Notes: generated by a model from the sequence alone, not told the origin. A stretch of DNA of 64,000 bases from a virus (IMGVR_UViG_3300025030_000060:1-64000), one strand, 5' to 3'; numbered from the stretch's first letter, positions 29,621 through 39,177 are shown. A program made the numbers and translations.

Positions 29621-30264
29621 TTAGCTAATCCCCCTTTTTGCGCTGGAAGTGTTAAGGCGGCCTCCATTGACCAACCTTTCCTAATTCTGCCCTTGAAAGT
29701 CTCGAAGCAGACAACCGCTTCGTCTGCCCACTCTGCCCAAGTTTTAGTTACGCCATTATATGTGATTCTTACATCGCACGATTTATTTCTACTGTTAACT
29801 TTATGGGTTACCCACCGGCAGTTTCCCTTGTCATAACCTTCGTCATTTTTCTCTCGGTCAAGTTCATATCCCAGAGGGGCAACGCCCATGTCCTCGAAGA
29901 AATTCTCAAATTTGTGCCACCTTTCGCAAACAGTAATCCCCCTTCCACCGTACCGATCAAATGATGGATGGTTTGGATCATCGCATCTCTCGCGCATGTG
30001 CTGCCACGCCTTGTATTCCTTGCTTTTGTGCATGCCGTGGGTAGTCTTCAACTTTCCTACGATTTCTTTATGTAGGCATGAGCATGATTTTGTTTTGCCG
30101 GATGTGAGATGGTCGCGCCTGACTTCAACCTCCTTTCCGCATTCGCATTTGCAAAGCCAAACAGACCCACCGCTCTTTTGGTATCTGGCAAAACGGATGA
30201 CAACCAGACGTCCAAAGGTCCGATCAGTTAAATCTCTTCGCTGGTTCCATTTAAAGGGTTGCAT
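29587..30264 (-). CDS. HNH-type homing endonuclease
   Basis: DLT.RTFGRLVV...WLCKCECG...SCSC...YGGRGITVCERW..FENF...LDREKN..GY..GNCRW; low GC. Confidence 0.85.
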   Translation of the reverse strand: MQPFKWNQRRDLTDRTFGRLVVIRFARYQKSGGSVWLCKCECGKEVEVRRDHLTSGKTKSCSCLHKEIVGKLKTTHGMHKSKEYKAWQHMRERCDDPNHPSFDRYGGRGITVCERWHKFENFFEDMGVAPLGYELDREKNDEGYDKGNCRWVTHKVNSRNKSCDVRITYNGVTKTWAEWADEAVVCFETFKGRIRKGWSMEAALTLPAQKGGLAKWRTAKKSQFA

Positions 30265-30359
30265 TAATGACCTTGACAGTTATTGAAGGTCCGTGCTATT
30301 GCTGGCACACCTTCCTTGCAGTACAGCAGTTTTGCCGCCTCCCCACCGGGGCGGCTTTT

Positions 30360-30524
30360 TTATTGTAACCCCAGCGCCGTCTTCACTATCTCCCGCAAAA
30401 ACCTGTTCATGTTCTCCTTTTTTGGAAGTTTTTTGCCGATCAGGATCTTCTCTTCCGCTGTAACCCTGAAAACTAAGGTCTCCGTCCTGGCCTCGCTGCT
30501 GTTGCGCTTGGCTCGCGGTCCCAT
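30360..30524 (-). CDS. Small ribbon-helix-helix-like regulator (54 aa)
   Basis: Manual translation MGPRAKRNSSEARTETLVFRVTAEEK...MNRFLREIVKTAL; TAATG coupling. Confidence 0.6.
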   Translation of the reverse strand: MGPRAKRNSSEARTETLVFRVTAEEKILIGKKLPKKENMNRFLREIVKTALGLQ

Positions 30525-30754
30525 TACAGTCTCTCCAGAATCTGGAGCGCCGATTTGTACTCGGCCCGCTCCTGCTTGGCTTGGTCAATCTGGGGGACGG
30601 GGGTCTGCATGTGCAGGTACAGCTTGCGCCCGACCTCCCCAGCCAGCAGCATGACGAGTATGGCCGCAATGAGGGCGAGAACCCCAATAGGCGTCAATAC
30701 CCGCGCCTTGCTTTTTTTGCCCCTGCTGAAGGGTTTTTTGAAGTCTCGCATCAC
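30524..30754 (-). CDS. Membrane-anchored hypothetical protein
   Basis: Single TM helix. Confidence 0.6.
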   Translation of the reverse strand: MMRDFKKPFSRGKKSKARVLTPIGVLALIAAILVMLLAGEVGRKLYLHMQTPVPQIDQAKQERAEYKSALQILERL

Positions 30755-31590
30755 ACCCCTCCCGGCTTGTCGGTCATCCCCTTGAGGAACGGGCCTACCT
30801 GCGCCTGGATGCTCTGAAGCTCGGCGATGTTCTCCACATCCCGGATCTTCTCCAGCAGCTTTTTCATGCGGGGTCCCCAGTTTTCGTAGCTGATCCCCGC
30901 CGACGCCTTGGGGACCGCCTTTAAAAGGGGCTTCTCGGGGGGCTTCGGCAGGTGCTTTGCCGTGGCCTTGGTCTTGCCCGCCTCCTTGGCTGTCTCTACG
31001 GCCTTCTGAAGGGTCTTAGTTCCTTCTTCCGCTCCTTCCTTGCGGATAACGTCGGTCGCCGTCCTGGCGGCAACCTGACCGCCCCTGACCATATCTTTAA
31101 CTTCTTCCGGTGCTGCGGAAAGATTCATCAGGTTGTCGAAGTGAGTCCCCGAAAAGCCCGACTTCATGCAAATAGCCAGCTTGTCCCATCCCAAGGCCAT
31201 TAGGCGCTTGACTACTTCAGCCTGCTCCAGCGGCAAAAGCGGTTTGCCGGAATTGCGAGTGAGCATGGAAAGAACGCGGTCGGCATCGTTGGCATACCGC
31301 GCTTCGGCCCTTGCCGGGATGCTCTTGATCTCTGCACCCTCTGAAATAGCAAGGCGGCAGGCCATGAGGCGACAGTGCCCGTTAGTCAGTATCGGGATGT
31401 CATTTTTCAGATAGACCGTCACGGGCTCCTGCACCCCAACCTCCTTGATGGAGTCGGCGAGTTGCCGGATGTGTGCCGCCAGTTCCGGCGACTCGGTACG
31501 GATGTTCCATCCCGGTTCCTCCTGTATCAACATCGGGTCGAGGTTGTAAACGTCCGTCCTCCCTAAAGCCATGTCCTGTAGTCGTGCCAT
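30751..31590 (-). CDS. ParB/Srx-like nuclease-domain protein
   Basis: EEPGWNIR...LADSIKEVGVQEP...NGHCR...NSGKPL.PLE. Confidence 0.85.
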   Translation of the reverse strand: MARLQDMALGRTDVYNLDPMLIQEEPGWNIRTESPELAAHIRQLADSIKEVGVQEPVTVYLKNDIPILTNGHCRLMACRLAISEGAEIKSIPARAEARYANDADRVLSMLTRNSGKPLLPLEQAEVVKRLMALGWDKLAICMKSGFSGTHFDNLMNLSAAPEEVKDMVRGGQVAARTATDVIRKEGAEEGTKTLQKAVETAKEAGKTKATAKHLPKPPEKPLLKAVPKASAGISYENWGPRMKKLLEKIRDVENIAELQSIQAQVGPFLKGMTDKPGGV

Positions 31591-31695
31591 ATTGCCACCT
31601 CCGGTGATTATCAAGCGGTTGTGCTGCAAATTTTTGTGTACATTACAGCCGGTCTTCCCCCTATGTCAACAATAATGTGTACGCTACGCAAAATA

Positions 31696-31727
31696 AAAAA
31701 GCCCCCCTTGGGATAGGAGAGCTTTTT
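31696..31727. terminator. Probable terminator
   Basis: AAAAAGC...GCTTTTT hairpin after the lysis cluster. Confidence 0.55.
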
Positions 31728-31750
31728 GTAACTTGCTTTGTGGTTTGCTA

Positions 31751-31951
31751 TCAGACTTCTGTCGTTTTCCTGGCCGCTAATTTCCCCTTGGCGGCCTTCG
31801 CCATCTTTGGCACGTTGACACCGAAGAGCGCCCCTATACCACCGATAGCCGCCGACGCCGCTAGGACGCGCCAGTCTTTTATGCCATAGCTGGCGGGGAT
31901 GGCCGCCGTCGACACCGCCCCTACGATGAAGCTACCGAACTGCTTTCTCAT
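31751..31951 (-). CDS. Small two-TM protein (possible holin)
   Basis: Two hydrophobic segments, basic C-terminus. Confidence 0.5.
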   Translation of the reverse strand: MRKQFGSFIVGAVSTAAIPASYGIKDWRVLAASAAIGGIGALFGVNVPKMAKAAKGKLAARKTTEV

Positions 31952-32391
31952 GCGCCCTCCACTTTCAGCATCCCGTTCTTTCGTGCCTCACCGCCCCCGA
32001 GTAACCAAGTCGCCCAAAACCATCGCTTGCTCTGCCAGTATCGGCTTGAAGGGCGGTAACGTTCCCACCCTTTAGTCGGCGACTCTTCGACCATGATGTC
32101 TTGTAGGATCTGCGACGCTTGCCAATTGCTACACAGGGTCCCGTCGTCAAAAATACCCGTGTCACAAAGCTCGTCGTGAACCCACCACCCCCGGCTGGTG
32201 ATGTCGCAGGCATTCGTTGCTCCGTCCGATAACGCTTTTGGGCGGTCGCCGCAGGTTACGTCTTTCCCGTACCGCGCTGAATGGTAGGTGAAAGGCTCAT
32301 TGAGCTTGTACCAGATCTTACCGCCGTCCTCCACGATGCTGAAATTCACGCTGGAAATTACTCTCACTTTCCCCTCCTCCATCTCAACCAC
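31948..32391 (-). CDS. DUF1353-like protein
   Basis: SDGAT...WWVHDELC. Confidence 0.6.
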   Translation of the reverse strand: MVEMEEGKVRVISSVNFSIVEDGGKIWYKLNEPFTYHSARYGKDVTCGDRPKALSDGATNACDITSRGWWVHDELCDTGIFDDGTLCSNWQASQILQDIMVEESPTKGWERYRPSSRYWQSKRWFWATWLLGGGEARKNGMLKVEGA

Positions 32392-32577
32392 TCAATCCGT
32401 GGCAATCATTGCGCGGGCCTGCTCGTTTTTCTGTCGGCAGTTGCGGCACTCAACGGGGTTACGCTTGGTACACTCCTGCACGTTGTTACCGCAGGCGCAG
32501 AGGCCCATGGCATAGGAGCGGTATGCCCCTTCGGCTTGGTATCCCTCAAGTAATTTGATACGCTCATGTGGTTCCAT
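32392..32577 (-). CDS. Small Cys-rich hypothetical protein
   Basis: ORF track. Confidence 0.5.
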   Translation of the reverse strand: MEPHERIKLLEGYQAEGAYRSYAMGLCACGNNVQECTKRNPVECRNCRQKNEQARAMIATD

Positions 32578-32588
32578 GCCGCCCGCCC

Positions 32589-32852
32589 CTATTTGGCTTC
32601 CGATCCTGGCCCTTTCACGGATTCATAGACTTTGCCGAGTGAAGCGACACCCGCAGCCCAAACCGCCCCCAGCGGCCCCCGGTTGTCAACCTTGACCTTG
32701 ATGTCGCCCTGCGTGAAATCAACCACGCCGTCGCTCTGGCAGCGCACCCTGATTATCCGGCCATCGGGGAGGGTGACAGATGATTCCCTGGAGCCAAGGC
32801 CGACGCAGCCGGGGAGCATTAGAACCACAAGAATGAGGCTAAAATGCTTCAT
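32589..32852 (-). CDS. Lipoprotein (possible spanin component)
   Basis: Lipobox LPGC; in the lysis cluster. Confidence 0.65.
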   Translation of the reverse strand: MKHFSLILVVLMLPGCVGLGSRESSVTLPDGRIIRVRCQSDGVVDFTQGDIKVKVDNRGPLGAVWAAGVASLGKVYESVKGPGSEAK

Positions 32853-33153
32853 CTATCAACTCGTTCTGCAACTCTTCGCAGCGATCCGACCAATACCTAT
32901 GGTTTTTCTTGGCAACATCATACATAAAGTCATCCAAGGTCATGCCATCTTTTATATTTGATAGAACATTGCGATGAGCACACGCCACTTTTGCACTGTT
33001 TTCAAGTATCTTGATCCGCAGTTCCCGCTTAAACTCCGGCTTGCTTTGATGGCTGAGCCCCCACATCCCACCCGTGCAGTCGCAGCAGTCGTGAGCAAGG
33101 GCCGGTGTGACGATAAGGGTCGCTATGATGGCTAGTATGGCGGGGTATTTCAT
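32839..33153 (-). CDS. Secreted Cys-containing protein
   Basis: Signal peptide ending ALA. Confidence 0.6.
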   Translation of the reverse strand: MKYPAILAIIATLIVTPALAHDCCDCTGGMWGLSHQSKPEFKRELRIKILENSAKVACAHRNVLSNIKDGMTLDDFMYDVAKKNHRYWSDRCEELQNELIDEAF

Positions 33154-33839
33154 CGTTTCGACCTCGCCGCGTCGTGCCCGTGAACGGTCATAATCCCGTT
33201 TTCTGCCCACCTGAAGGCCCATGTCCGCATGTATTTTGCTTTTACTGGGTTGGCCCGCACTACCTTCTCGTAAAGCCCATAGCCCACCCCGAAAAAATGG
33301 ACTATGGAAAGCTTTTGGTTTACCTCGTTGATCCGCTGCACTGTCGCCGGACCAACCTTGCCATCTACGACGATAGGGGGCTTGGGCCATGCCGCACGGT
33401 TTGCCGCCTCCTGTACTACCTTGGCAGCGGCGAAAGGTCCCGCGTTGACGGCCAGTTCAAAGAATAGGTTTGCGGCGAGTTGGTTCTTCCATTCGCTGCA
33501 CCGGCCAGCATCCCAGTACCACTGGTAGACCGGCACCGTGTCTTCGACGGTGATGTCCTTCATCTGCTTCCCGCGCTTGGCGAAGTAGTCAGCATGCTCT
33601 TTCCCGGCAAGCCCGTACTTAGTCCCAACGTTGACACCGTTGTACCAGTTGCCCGAATCGTCAGGGTCACTCTGGAACCCCCCCTCGTGCCCGAATGTGT
33701 TGGTGAGCGCGGGGGCGATAGCTGCCGCATGGCTTTGCGTGAATGCCACAGGAACCGGCACAGACATAGAGGGCATTCGCGGCGACAATGGAATCGCCAA
33801 GCCTAAAAGCACCCACAGTGCGACAAGAAATCTTTTCAT
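33150..33839 (-). CDS. Endolysin, glycoside hydrolase family 108 with PG-binding domain and N-terminal hydrophobic signal
   Basis: HEGGFQSDPDDSG...TKYG...VDGKVGPAT. Confidence 0.9.
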   Translation of the reverse strand: MKRFLVALWVLLGLAIPLSPRMPSMSVPVPVAFTQSHAAAIAPALTNTFGHEGGFQSDPDDSGNWYNGVNVGTKYGLAGKEHADYFAKRGKQMKDITVEDTVPVYQWYWDAGRCSEWKNQLAANLFFELAVNAGPFAAAKVVQEAANRAAWPKPPIVVDGKVGPATVQRINEVNQKLSIVHFFGVGYGLYEKVVRANPVKAKYMRTWAFRWAENGIMTVHGHDAARSKR

Positions 33840-34037
33840 TTTGATTCTCCTGTTCTGTTGGAGAGAACTGTTGCCCTCTCCAACTCTTGGTCTATGATAT
33901 GGTATCCCGTGACGGCAACAGTCGCCGCCAAGGCCCTTGTTTTGGCCTGCACGTCAGGACTCAGACTTTCATTCTTCAAGCCCTGCTACCTGCACAAAAG
34001 CATGTTTGCAAACCGTGCAGCTCATGGTCTCTCCCCG

Positions 34038-34406
34038 CTACGGCTTCCCCGTCAGGACGTGCCAGAGATACACCCAGTTGATCTTCTCGAATATCCACTT
34101 GCCGAACCATCCCAGTATTGCCAGAGTCATCAAGCCGAGAGCGTTCAGCGCCCATCTGCGTTCTTTCACCATGTCCTTCATGTCCCGGAAGGTCCCAGGC
34201 GGGATGTCCCGGATCGCCGACATCTGGCGTTCTGTCAGGCCAATGGAGCAGCCTTGGTTTGTCACCGCAACCTTTATCATGTTGGAGATGATTACCACAT
34301 CGCTTCTGGTAAGCGCGTGTTTCCGCTTGGTCTGGCCGTCAGTCTCGGGCGGCAGGGAATCAAGGATAATTTGCAGGCTGGCGTCGAGTTCAGGTGTAGT
34401 TGTCAT
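34038..34406 (-). CDS. Membrane protein (holin/antiholin candidate)
   Basis: C-terminal TM; lies between pro and the endolysin, as P1 lydE/lydD do. Confidence 0.55.
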   Translation of the reverse strand: MTTTPELDASLQIILDSLPPETDGQTKRKHALTRSDVVIISNMIKVAVTNQGCSIGLTERQMSAIRDIPPGTFRDMKDMVKERRWALNALGLMTLAILGWFGKWIFEKINWVYLWHVLTGKP

Positions 34407-34430
34407 GGCATCTCCGGTGGACGTAGTTTT

Positions 34431-35447
34431 TTAGATGTAAGACTGACCCTCAAATTCAGGGGCAGCGGCGGCGTCGCCGTATCCCGGTTCCGCCCTGAAA
34501 GAGGGCTTGTTGGCTATCACGGTTTTTTGGTGAATTCCCAAGGGGAGCATGCTTATGTTCACACCCTTTGCTTTCTCGAAAAAGGCCACCACATTTTGGA
34601 ACTGCTCGCCGGTACTCATGTTGAGCATGTCGTGGATGACAGCATCCGGGATAGCAATAATGGACTTCCCCGCTGCTTCGAGAATCGCCGTTCTTGCCAT
34701 CGCCCTTTCTGCCTCTTCGCGCTCGATTCGCGCCGTGGCCGATTCGAGCAAGGCAGTTTTGCCCTCCAGTTCCTCACGGAGGGAATCGCCGAAGATGGCC
34801 GCTTCGATGATCTGCTCCTGAAGCTCGGCATTTTCGAGGATGGCCGAAGCGGTCCAGTGCTTCATCCACTTTTCTACGTCTTTGTCGTCCATGCCAGTTG
34901 CCCTGGCGACGCTTTCGAGGATCATGTCGCTGTTGCCTGCCGACTCAAGGATGTAGCCCCGGTTCGAGGCGAAGCCGGGGTTCATCACGTAGTCCATCCC
35001 GTGGAAGTCGGCGATTTTGGTCGCACCCATCGGGCCGCCGTTCACCCCGCCGCAGGCCCACGAGAAGCCACCGACGCCGGAAGCGTTGAGGGCGGAAACG
35101 ATCTTTCCCGGCGCGGTCTCCAGGATCTGCTGGGAATGGTTCACCTCGCCGTCCTTGCCGACCTCGAACGCCACCGTGATGTTGCTGGGGATGTTCTCAA
35201 CGATCATGCTGGAACCGTCCGGGAGTTTTATGGTGCCGACTTCCGGGATAGCGAGCTTGCCGTGCAGTTCGCGCCGTCCGTGGCCGAAATAGCCCAAGGC
35301 TTCGCGGAGCTTCATGCGCTCGCGGGTCGCGGGGCTGTAGCAGGTTGCGATGGCCGACTCCAGAATGTAGTTCCGGTGATGGCCGGAGTATTTGCGCCCC
35401 TCGTTGAACAGGTTAAAACTGCATTGAACTATTTCGGGTGTTGCCAT
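34431..35447 (-). CDS. pro: Prohead/head-processing protease (P1 Pro-like)
   Basis: GRKYSGHHRNY...GYFGHGRRE...GGFSWA...DYVMNP; follows the portal gene. Confidence 0.85.
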   Translation of the reverse strand: MATPEIVQCSFNLFNEGRKYSGHHRNYILESAIATCYSPATRERMKLREALGYFGHGRRELHGKLAIPEVGTIKLPDGSSMIVENIPSNITVAFEVGKDGEVNHSQQILETAPGKIVSALNASGVGGFSWACGGVNGGPMGATKIADFHGMDYVMNPGFASNRGYILESAGNSDMILESVARATGMDDKDVEKWMKHWTASAILENAELQEQIIEAAIFGDSLREELEGKTALLESATARIEREEAERAMARTAILEAAGKSIIAIPDAVIHDMLNMSTGEQFQNVVAFFEKAKGVNISMLPLGIHQKTVIANKPSFRAEPGYGDAAAAPEFEGQSYI

Positions 35448-35461
35448 GGCTGGCTCTCCTT

Positions 35462-37156
35462 TTAACTGTAAAAGCTGTCGATGTAGCCCTGAATTGATCG
35501 CGCCGACTCCATCAAGGCTTCACCGCCACCACTTTTCTCCTTCTCCTTGGCGGCGGCTTCCTCGGTAGCCTTCTTGGCGGCGGCTTCGGCAAGCTTCTTT
35601 GGGAACATGATCTTGAACTTCGCTTCATCCACTTTCATGATGTCGGTGAACAGGAAGTTCTCGAAGGCGTTTTTGTCGACTCCCAGCCATTCCTGATCCA
35701 TCAGGCCCACGAGCTGCGCCATGCCGGTTGCGAGTTGGACGCGTCCCTCGCGGTTCTCCATCTCTTCGCGCTCCATGGCGGTCGAGACGCTGTTGAACAC
35801 GATGCGGTAGGGCTTCTCGCCGGGGAGGAATGCCTTCTTGAATTTGTAGGCGATATGGATGTCGCAAAGCTGTTCGACGCCCGTCTGTATGGCATGCCGC
35901 AGCATCTGCGCCTTCATGGCAGCCATGACAGAAACACGGAAGAACCCGCCATCGCCAAGCCCCCCGGAAAGGTTCTCGCCAAAACCCAGCAGGGAAGGGT
36001 CGACGCCCAAGGCCCCGCATAGACGGTTGATGTGAAAGGTGATGTCGTTGATCGCTTCGATGTTCGGCGTGCCCTCGATAGTCGAGATGTCCAGCCGCGC
36101 CCGTCCGTCGCCGAAAATGGGGATCAGGTGGTTGATGACGGTCTGGATGAACCCCTTCTTGAGGCTTCTTTTTGCGTTGGCGGTATCCACCCGCTGCATC
36201 TGGCCTGCGACGATGTTCAGATACTGTGCCGCCTTCTGGGGGGAGAGCTTGCCGGTGTTGATGCCGATCATGCGCTCCATCCGGGATGCGTTTTTCCTGG
36301 ACATGTTCAGGGAGAGGATCGCGTTGTTCAGGTCCATCCATGGCCCGTAGGATGTCTCCAACAGGCTCGTCCCGTAATTCTGGGATTCCGTGATGGAGTC
36401 GTCCTCGTAGTTGTCCACGGATAGGTCGAAGATCGAAGCGTCAACGCGGATAGGCTCCAGCAGGGACGGTTTCCACATGGGAATGCGGAACGGCACCATC
36501 TTCCACGGCTCCATAAGCTGAATGCCGCCCGTTTCCGGCTGTTGGTGCGCCGAGACGTAGCCCGCCACGCCCCCGGCCTGCTCGTACATATTGACGAATT
36601 GGGGGTGAGTGTAGTAGTCGGAACGGACCTGCTTGATTCCTACGCCGTCCTCACCGTAGACGCGGGCGAACCAGATGCCGTTGATCCCGGCGTTGTAGGC
36701 CCAGAACTGGCACTGGTCGTTGACTATTTTCTGAATGTTGTTGCGAAGGTCCAGGGTTATCGGGTCGGTTTCATCCCCGATACTCTCGATGGAGATGATC
36801 TCTCCGGTATCGGCCTTGGGGGAAAGCGCATGCGAGATATGCATCTTAATGGCTGAATCAATCGTCGGGTCCGTCGCCATGGTTCGGTAGACGTTGTAGC
36901 GGGCGAGGCGGGCCAAGGGAAGGTCTGTGATCTCCAGTTCGCCATCTTCGCCGGACTCGGAGACCCCGCCAAGTTGAGACCCATCTTCGGCGAAATTCTC
37001 ATAGATTGCGGAACCGGGAGGAAGTGCCAGCCCCCCCAAGTTCCTCGAATCAACCTGTTGGGAACTGGGGAAGAGCTGCTTCCAAAATGGCTTCTTCGAG
37101 TTTTTATCTTCGGATGCGGCCATATACACGGGCTCCATGGTATAGTTTCGCGCCAC
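35462..37156 (-). CDS. prt: Portal protein (P1 Prt-like)
   Basis: RYNVYRTMATDPTIDSA...DPSLLGF...GGLGDGGF; size and adjacency to pro. Confidence 0.8.
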   Translation of the reverse strand: MARNYTMEPVYMAASEDKNSKKPFWKQLFPSSQQVDSRNLGGLALPPGSAIYENFAEDGSQLGGVSESGEDGELEITDLPLARLARYNVYRTMATDPTIDSAIKMHISHALSPKADTGEIISIESIGDETDPITLDLRNNIQKIVNDQCQFWAYNAGINGIWFARVYGEDGVGIKQVRSDYYTHPQFVNMYEQAGGVAGYVSAHQQPETGGIQLMEPWKMVPFRIPMWKPSLLEPIRVDASIFDLSVDNYEDDSITESQNYGTSLLETSYGPWMDLNNAILSLNMSRKNASRMERMIGINTGKLSPQKAAQYLNIVAGQMQRVDTANAKRSLKKGFIQTVINHLIPIFGDGRARLDISTIEGTPNIEAINDITFHINRLCGALGVDPSLLGFGENLSGGLGDGGFFRVSVMAAMKAQMLRHAIQTGVEQLCDIHIAYKFKKAFLPGEKPYRIVFNSVSTAMEREEMENREGRVQLATGMAQLVGLMDQEWLGVDKNAFENFLFTDIMKVDEAKFKIMFPKKLAEAAAKKATEEAAAKEKEKSGGGEALMESARSIQGYIDSFYS

Positions 37157-37238
37157 AGCCTACTTGTACTAGCAGAGTTTAGAAAGGGTACTTTTAGGTA
37201 TTATTGGGTAATGCTGAGGAGTTGCGATGTGTAAAAAT

Positions 37239-37270
37239 AAAAGCGCCCCTTCTTGAGAAAGGACGCTTTT
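37239..37270. terminator. Intrinsic (bidirectional) terminator
   Basis: AAAAGCG...CGCTTTT hairpin. Confidence 0.7.
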
Positions 37271-37394
37271 GTTGTGATCTCGCCGCGCACCCCTTCGTTT
37301 GCAGGCTATTGCGCTAATCACTCTCGCCATTCGGCATTATCCAGTACGGCCCTGACGGCACTATTGCCGCTGCGGCTCCGGGGTATTTGGAGGG

Positions 37395-37424
37395 TATATA
37401 CACCTAAAGTGACATAACTGTCAA
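37395..37424 (-). promoter_or_regulatory. Candidate sigma70 promoter pointing away from the att site
   Basis: TTGACA-18-TATATA; TGACA-N4-TGTCA palindrome over -35. Confidence 0.45.
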
Positions 37425-37446
37425 GTGCGGCAGCATTTGCGTTTTC

Positions 37447-37540
37447 ATTATCCCAACCAAACAGCTACAATCACTGAGCAATCCCGTTGATCGCCCTCGC
37501 GTGTTATGCCGCCGGTTGGCGAGATAATAACTAGTTAAAC
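37447..37540 (+). other. attI-like integron recombination site
   Basis: Core GTTAAAC (37534-40) preceded by AGATAAT and a 5-nt spacer; inverted repeat ATTATC-CCAACC / GGTTGG-CGA-GATAAT; core is complementary to the R'' of the first attC. Confidence 0.6.
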
Positions 37541-37546
37541 CGACCT

Positions 37547-37732
37547 TTATTCGTCTACCTTCGTCGGCTTCAGGGTTTCAGCTATATCCCGGAACCGCTG
37601 TAGTTCGCGCTGTACCGCCACCTTCGCCCTGTGCCCTAATTGGTTGCGTGGGTCGCTCAAGAGGTACGCAAGCTCGTTTGCCTCGTCCTTGAGCAAGACT
37701 ACTGCCTGATCAATTGCTTCCTTTCTGGTCAT
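37547..37732 (-). CDS. Cassette 1, distal gene (hypothetical)
   Basis: ATGA coupling at the conserved junction. Confidence 0.7.
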   Translation of the reverse strand: MTRKEAIDQAVVLLKDEANELAYLLSDPRNQLGHRAKVAVQRELQRFRDIAETLKPTKVDE

Positions 37733-37980
37733 GGCCGCACCGCCTCTGCCGCCTTATAGCCGTCGTTTCGACCCTGCCAGTAGTCGCTGTTTTCGTATTC
37801 TGCGACGAGCAACCGCAGTTCCTCATTTTCAGCCGTCAGCCGCTCCACCTCGTGGCTAAGATATGCAGTCCCGCCAGAGGGAGCATCCAGGTACGACCGC
37901 AGCCGCTCCACCTCGGTAATGATCGCCATGACTGTTGGAAAATCTCTGAATATAATCTTCTGTCTTTGCAAGTCCATCAT
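37729..37980 (-). CDS. Cassette 1, proximal gene (EVERL coiled-coil)
   Basis: GGAGG RBS next to the attC core; ends AEAVRP. Confidence 0.7.
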   Translation of the reverse strand: MMDLQRQKIIFRDFPTVMAIITEVERLRSYLDAPSGGTAYLSHEVERLTAENEELRLLVAEYENSDYWQGRNDGYKAAEAVRP

Positions 37981-37990
37981 CCCTCCCAGG

Positions 37991-38041
37991 GTTTAACCCC
38001 TCGCTCGTCCGCTGGCGCGGCCAGCTCGCAAACCGTTATCC
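37991..38041 (+). repeat. attC-like site 1 (51 bp)
   Basis: GTTTAAC-CCCTC-GCTCGTCC...GGCCAGC-TCGCAAACC-GTTATCC. Confidence 0.75.
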
Positions 38042-38557
38042 CTCGAACTCCGGGTTAAAATTCGGACAGGAAAAATCGCCGTGGGTCTGAACCGATCCTT
38101 TGCCACTACCAAACGTGATGTTTAGCCGGAACATTGGCACGGTGTCTTTCCCAAACTCACCGAAAAGGTCGATCATGCAAGTCCGATACTCGCCTGTCAG
38201 CTCTTTAACGTAGTGCATCCCCTGTGAACCCCAGGCTTTGCACTGCCGGCACTTGCCGGTTGCCTCTTCGAGGCCCTCACCGTTGAGGCAACGGGGGATC
38301 TCCGCGCCGATGGTATCCGGTACCCGCCCGCCGCCCTGATCCTCCTGGAAGCACATCACCCTCTCAACCAGCAGTTCGATACTCTTGATATGCTCCGGGT
38401 TAGCACCCAACTCAATGCATTTGTACTTATACGTTTGAAGGGCGGCAGGGACAGCAGCGTCCTTTGCGCAGAGCAGGAGCGAGTCGACCTCTGTGTACTT
38501 CTTGCCGTTCACCGGGTTAAAGGCATGAATCTGGAATTTGCGGTCAATTACGCTCAT
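38036..38557 (-). CDS. Cassette 2 gene (phage-type hypothetical)
   Basis: LLCAKDAAVPAAL..Y motif; TAA stop lies within the GTTA core. Confidence 0.8.
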   Translation of the reverse strand: MSVIDRKFQIHAFNPVNGKKYTEVDSLLLCAKDAAVPAALQTYKYKCIELGANPEHIKSIELLVERVMCFQEDQGGGRVPDTIGAEIPRCLNGEGLEEATGKCRQCKAWGSQGMHYVKELTGEYRTCMIDLFGEFGKDTVPMFRLNITFGSGKGSVQTHGDFSCPNFNPEFEG

Positions 38558-38583
38558 GAATTTTCTCCGTTTTATAGTGCCAG

Positions 38584-38632
38584 GGATAACCCGGCGCTGG
38601 TCCGCTGCGCGGGCAGCTTGGTTGCGTTAAAC
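38584..38632 (+). repeat. attC-like site 2 (49 bp)
   Basis: GGATAAC-CCGGC-GCTGGTCC...GGGCAGC-TTGGTTGC-GTTAAAC. Confidence 0.8.
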
Positions 38633-38899
38633 CAGAATGATTTCTCTTGCGTTAATGGAACAGTTATCGGATATCGGAGAAGTCCCATACCAGCGCAGGT
38701 ACCACTTACCGTTGACGCCCTTGGCTTTCCACATCTTCCCCTCGTAAACTCCCGATGGTATAGACGACGAATACTCGGCCAGAAAATTAAATGTCTTTTC
38801 GGACATCAGCGCGTGAGTGCCGTCAATCTCGATTGCAGACCGATGCGGTTGATTCCAGTACGCGCCCAGAGGGTCTGTCATTGCAGGTATCTCGCTCAT
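38627..38899 (-). CDS. Cassette 3, distal gene (conserved phage hypothetical)
   Basis: MTDPLGAYWNQP...YSSSIPSGVYEGKMWK; stop in core site. Confidence 0.8.
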   Translation of the reverse strand: MSEIPAMTDPLGAYWNQPHRSAIEIDGTHALMSEKTFNFLAEYSSSIPSGVYEGKMWKAKGVNGKWYLRWYGTSPISDNCSINAREIILV

Positions 38900-39177
38900 A
38901 GCCGCACCGCCTCTGCTTTAGCCATGTCCAGAAGTTCAATGAGCTTTTCGTCAGAGACATCGGCCTTTGCTGCCAAAACTGCAACTACGGCGTGCAGCGC
39001 ATCCCTCTGGACAGTGACCCGCTCCACCTCACCAGAGAGTGAGTTGACCATAGACCGTAACTCCCCGATCTCGCCTTTGAGATCATCACACGCGCCGTGA
39101 GGGCATACCTTCGGAAGCGCTGCCTCAGCCGTTGACCTACCTCTACCTTGATACATGTACCCTTTAGCGTCACCCAT
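38896..39177 (-). CDS. Cassette 3, proximal gene
   Basis: Ends AEAVRL at the conserved junction. Confidence 0.7.
   Translation of the reverse strand: MGDAKGYMYQGRGRSTAEAALPKVCPHGACDDLKGEIGELRSMVNSLSGEVERVTVQRDALHAVVAVLAAKADVSDEKLIELLDMAKAEAVRL

Noticed and set aside
37270-37390. c-di-GMP riboswitch
   Set aside because: GCAAAC is present but the GAAA tetraloop stem and second-stem consensus are missing
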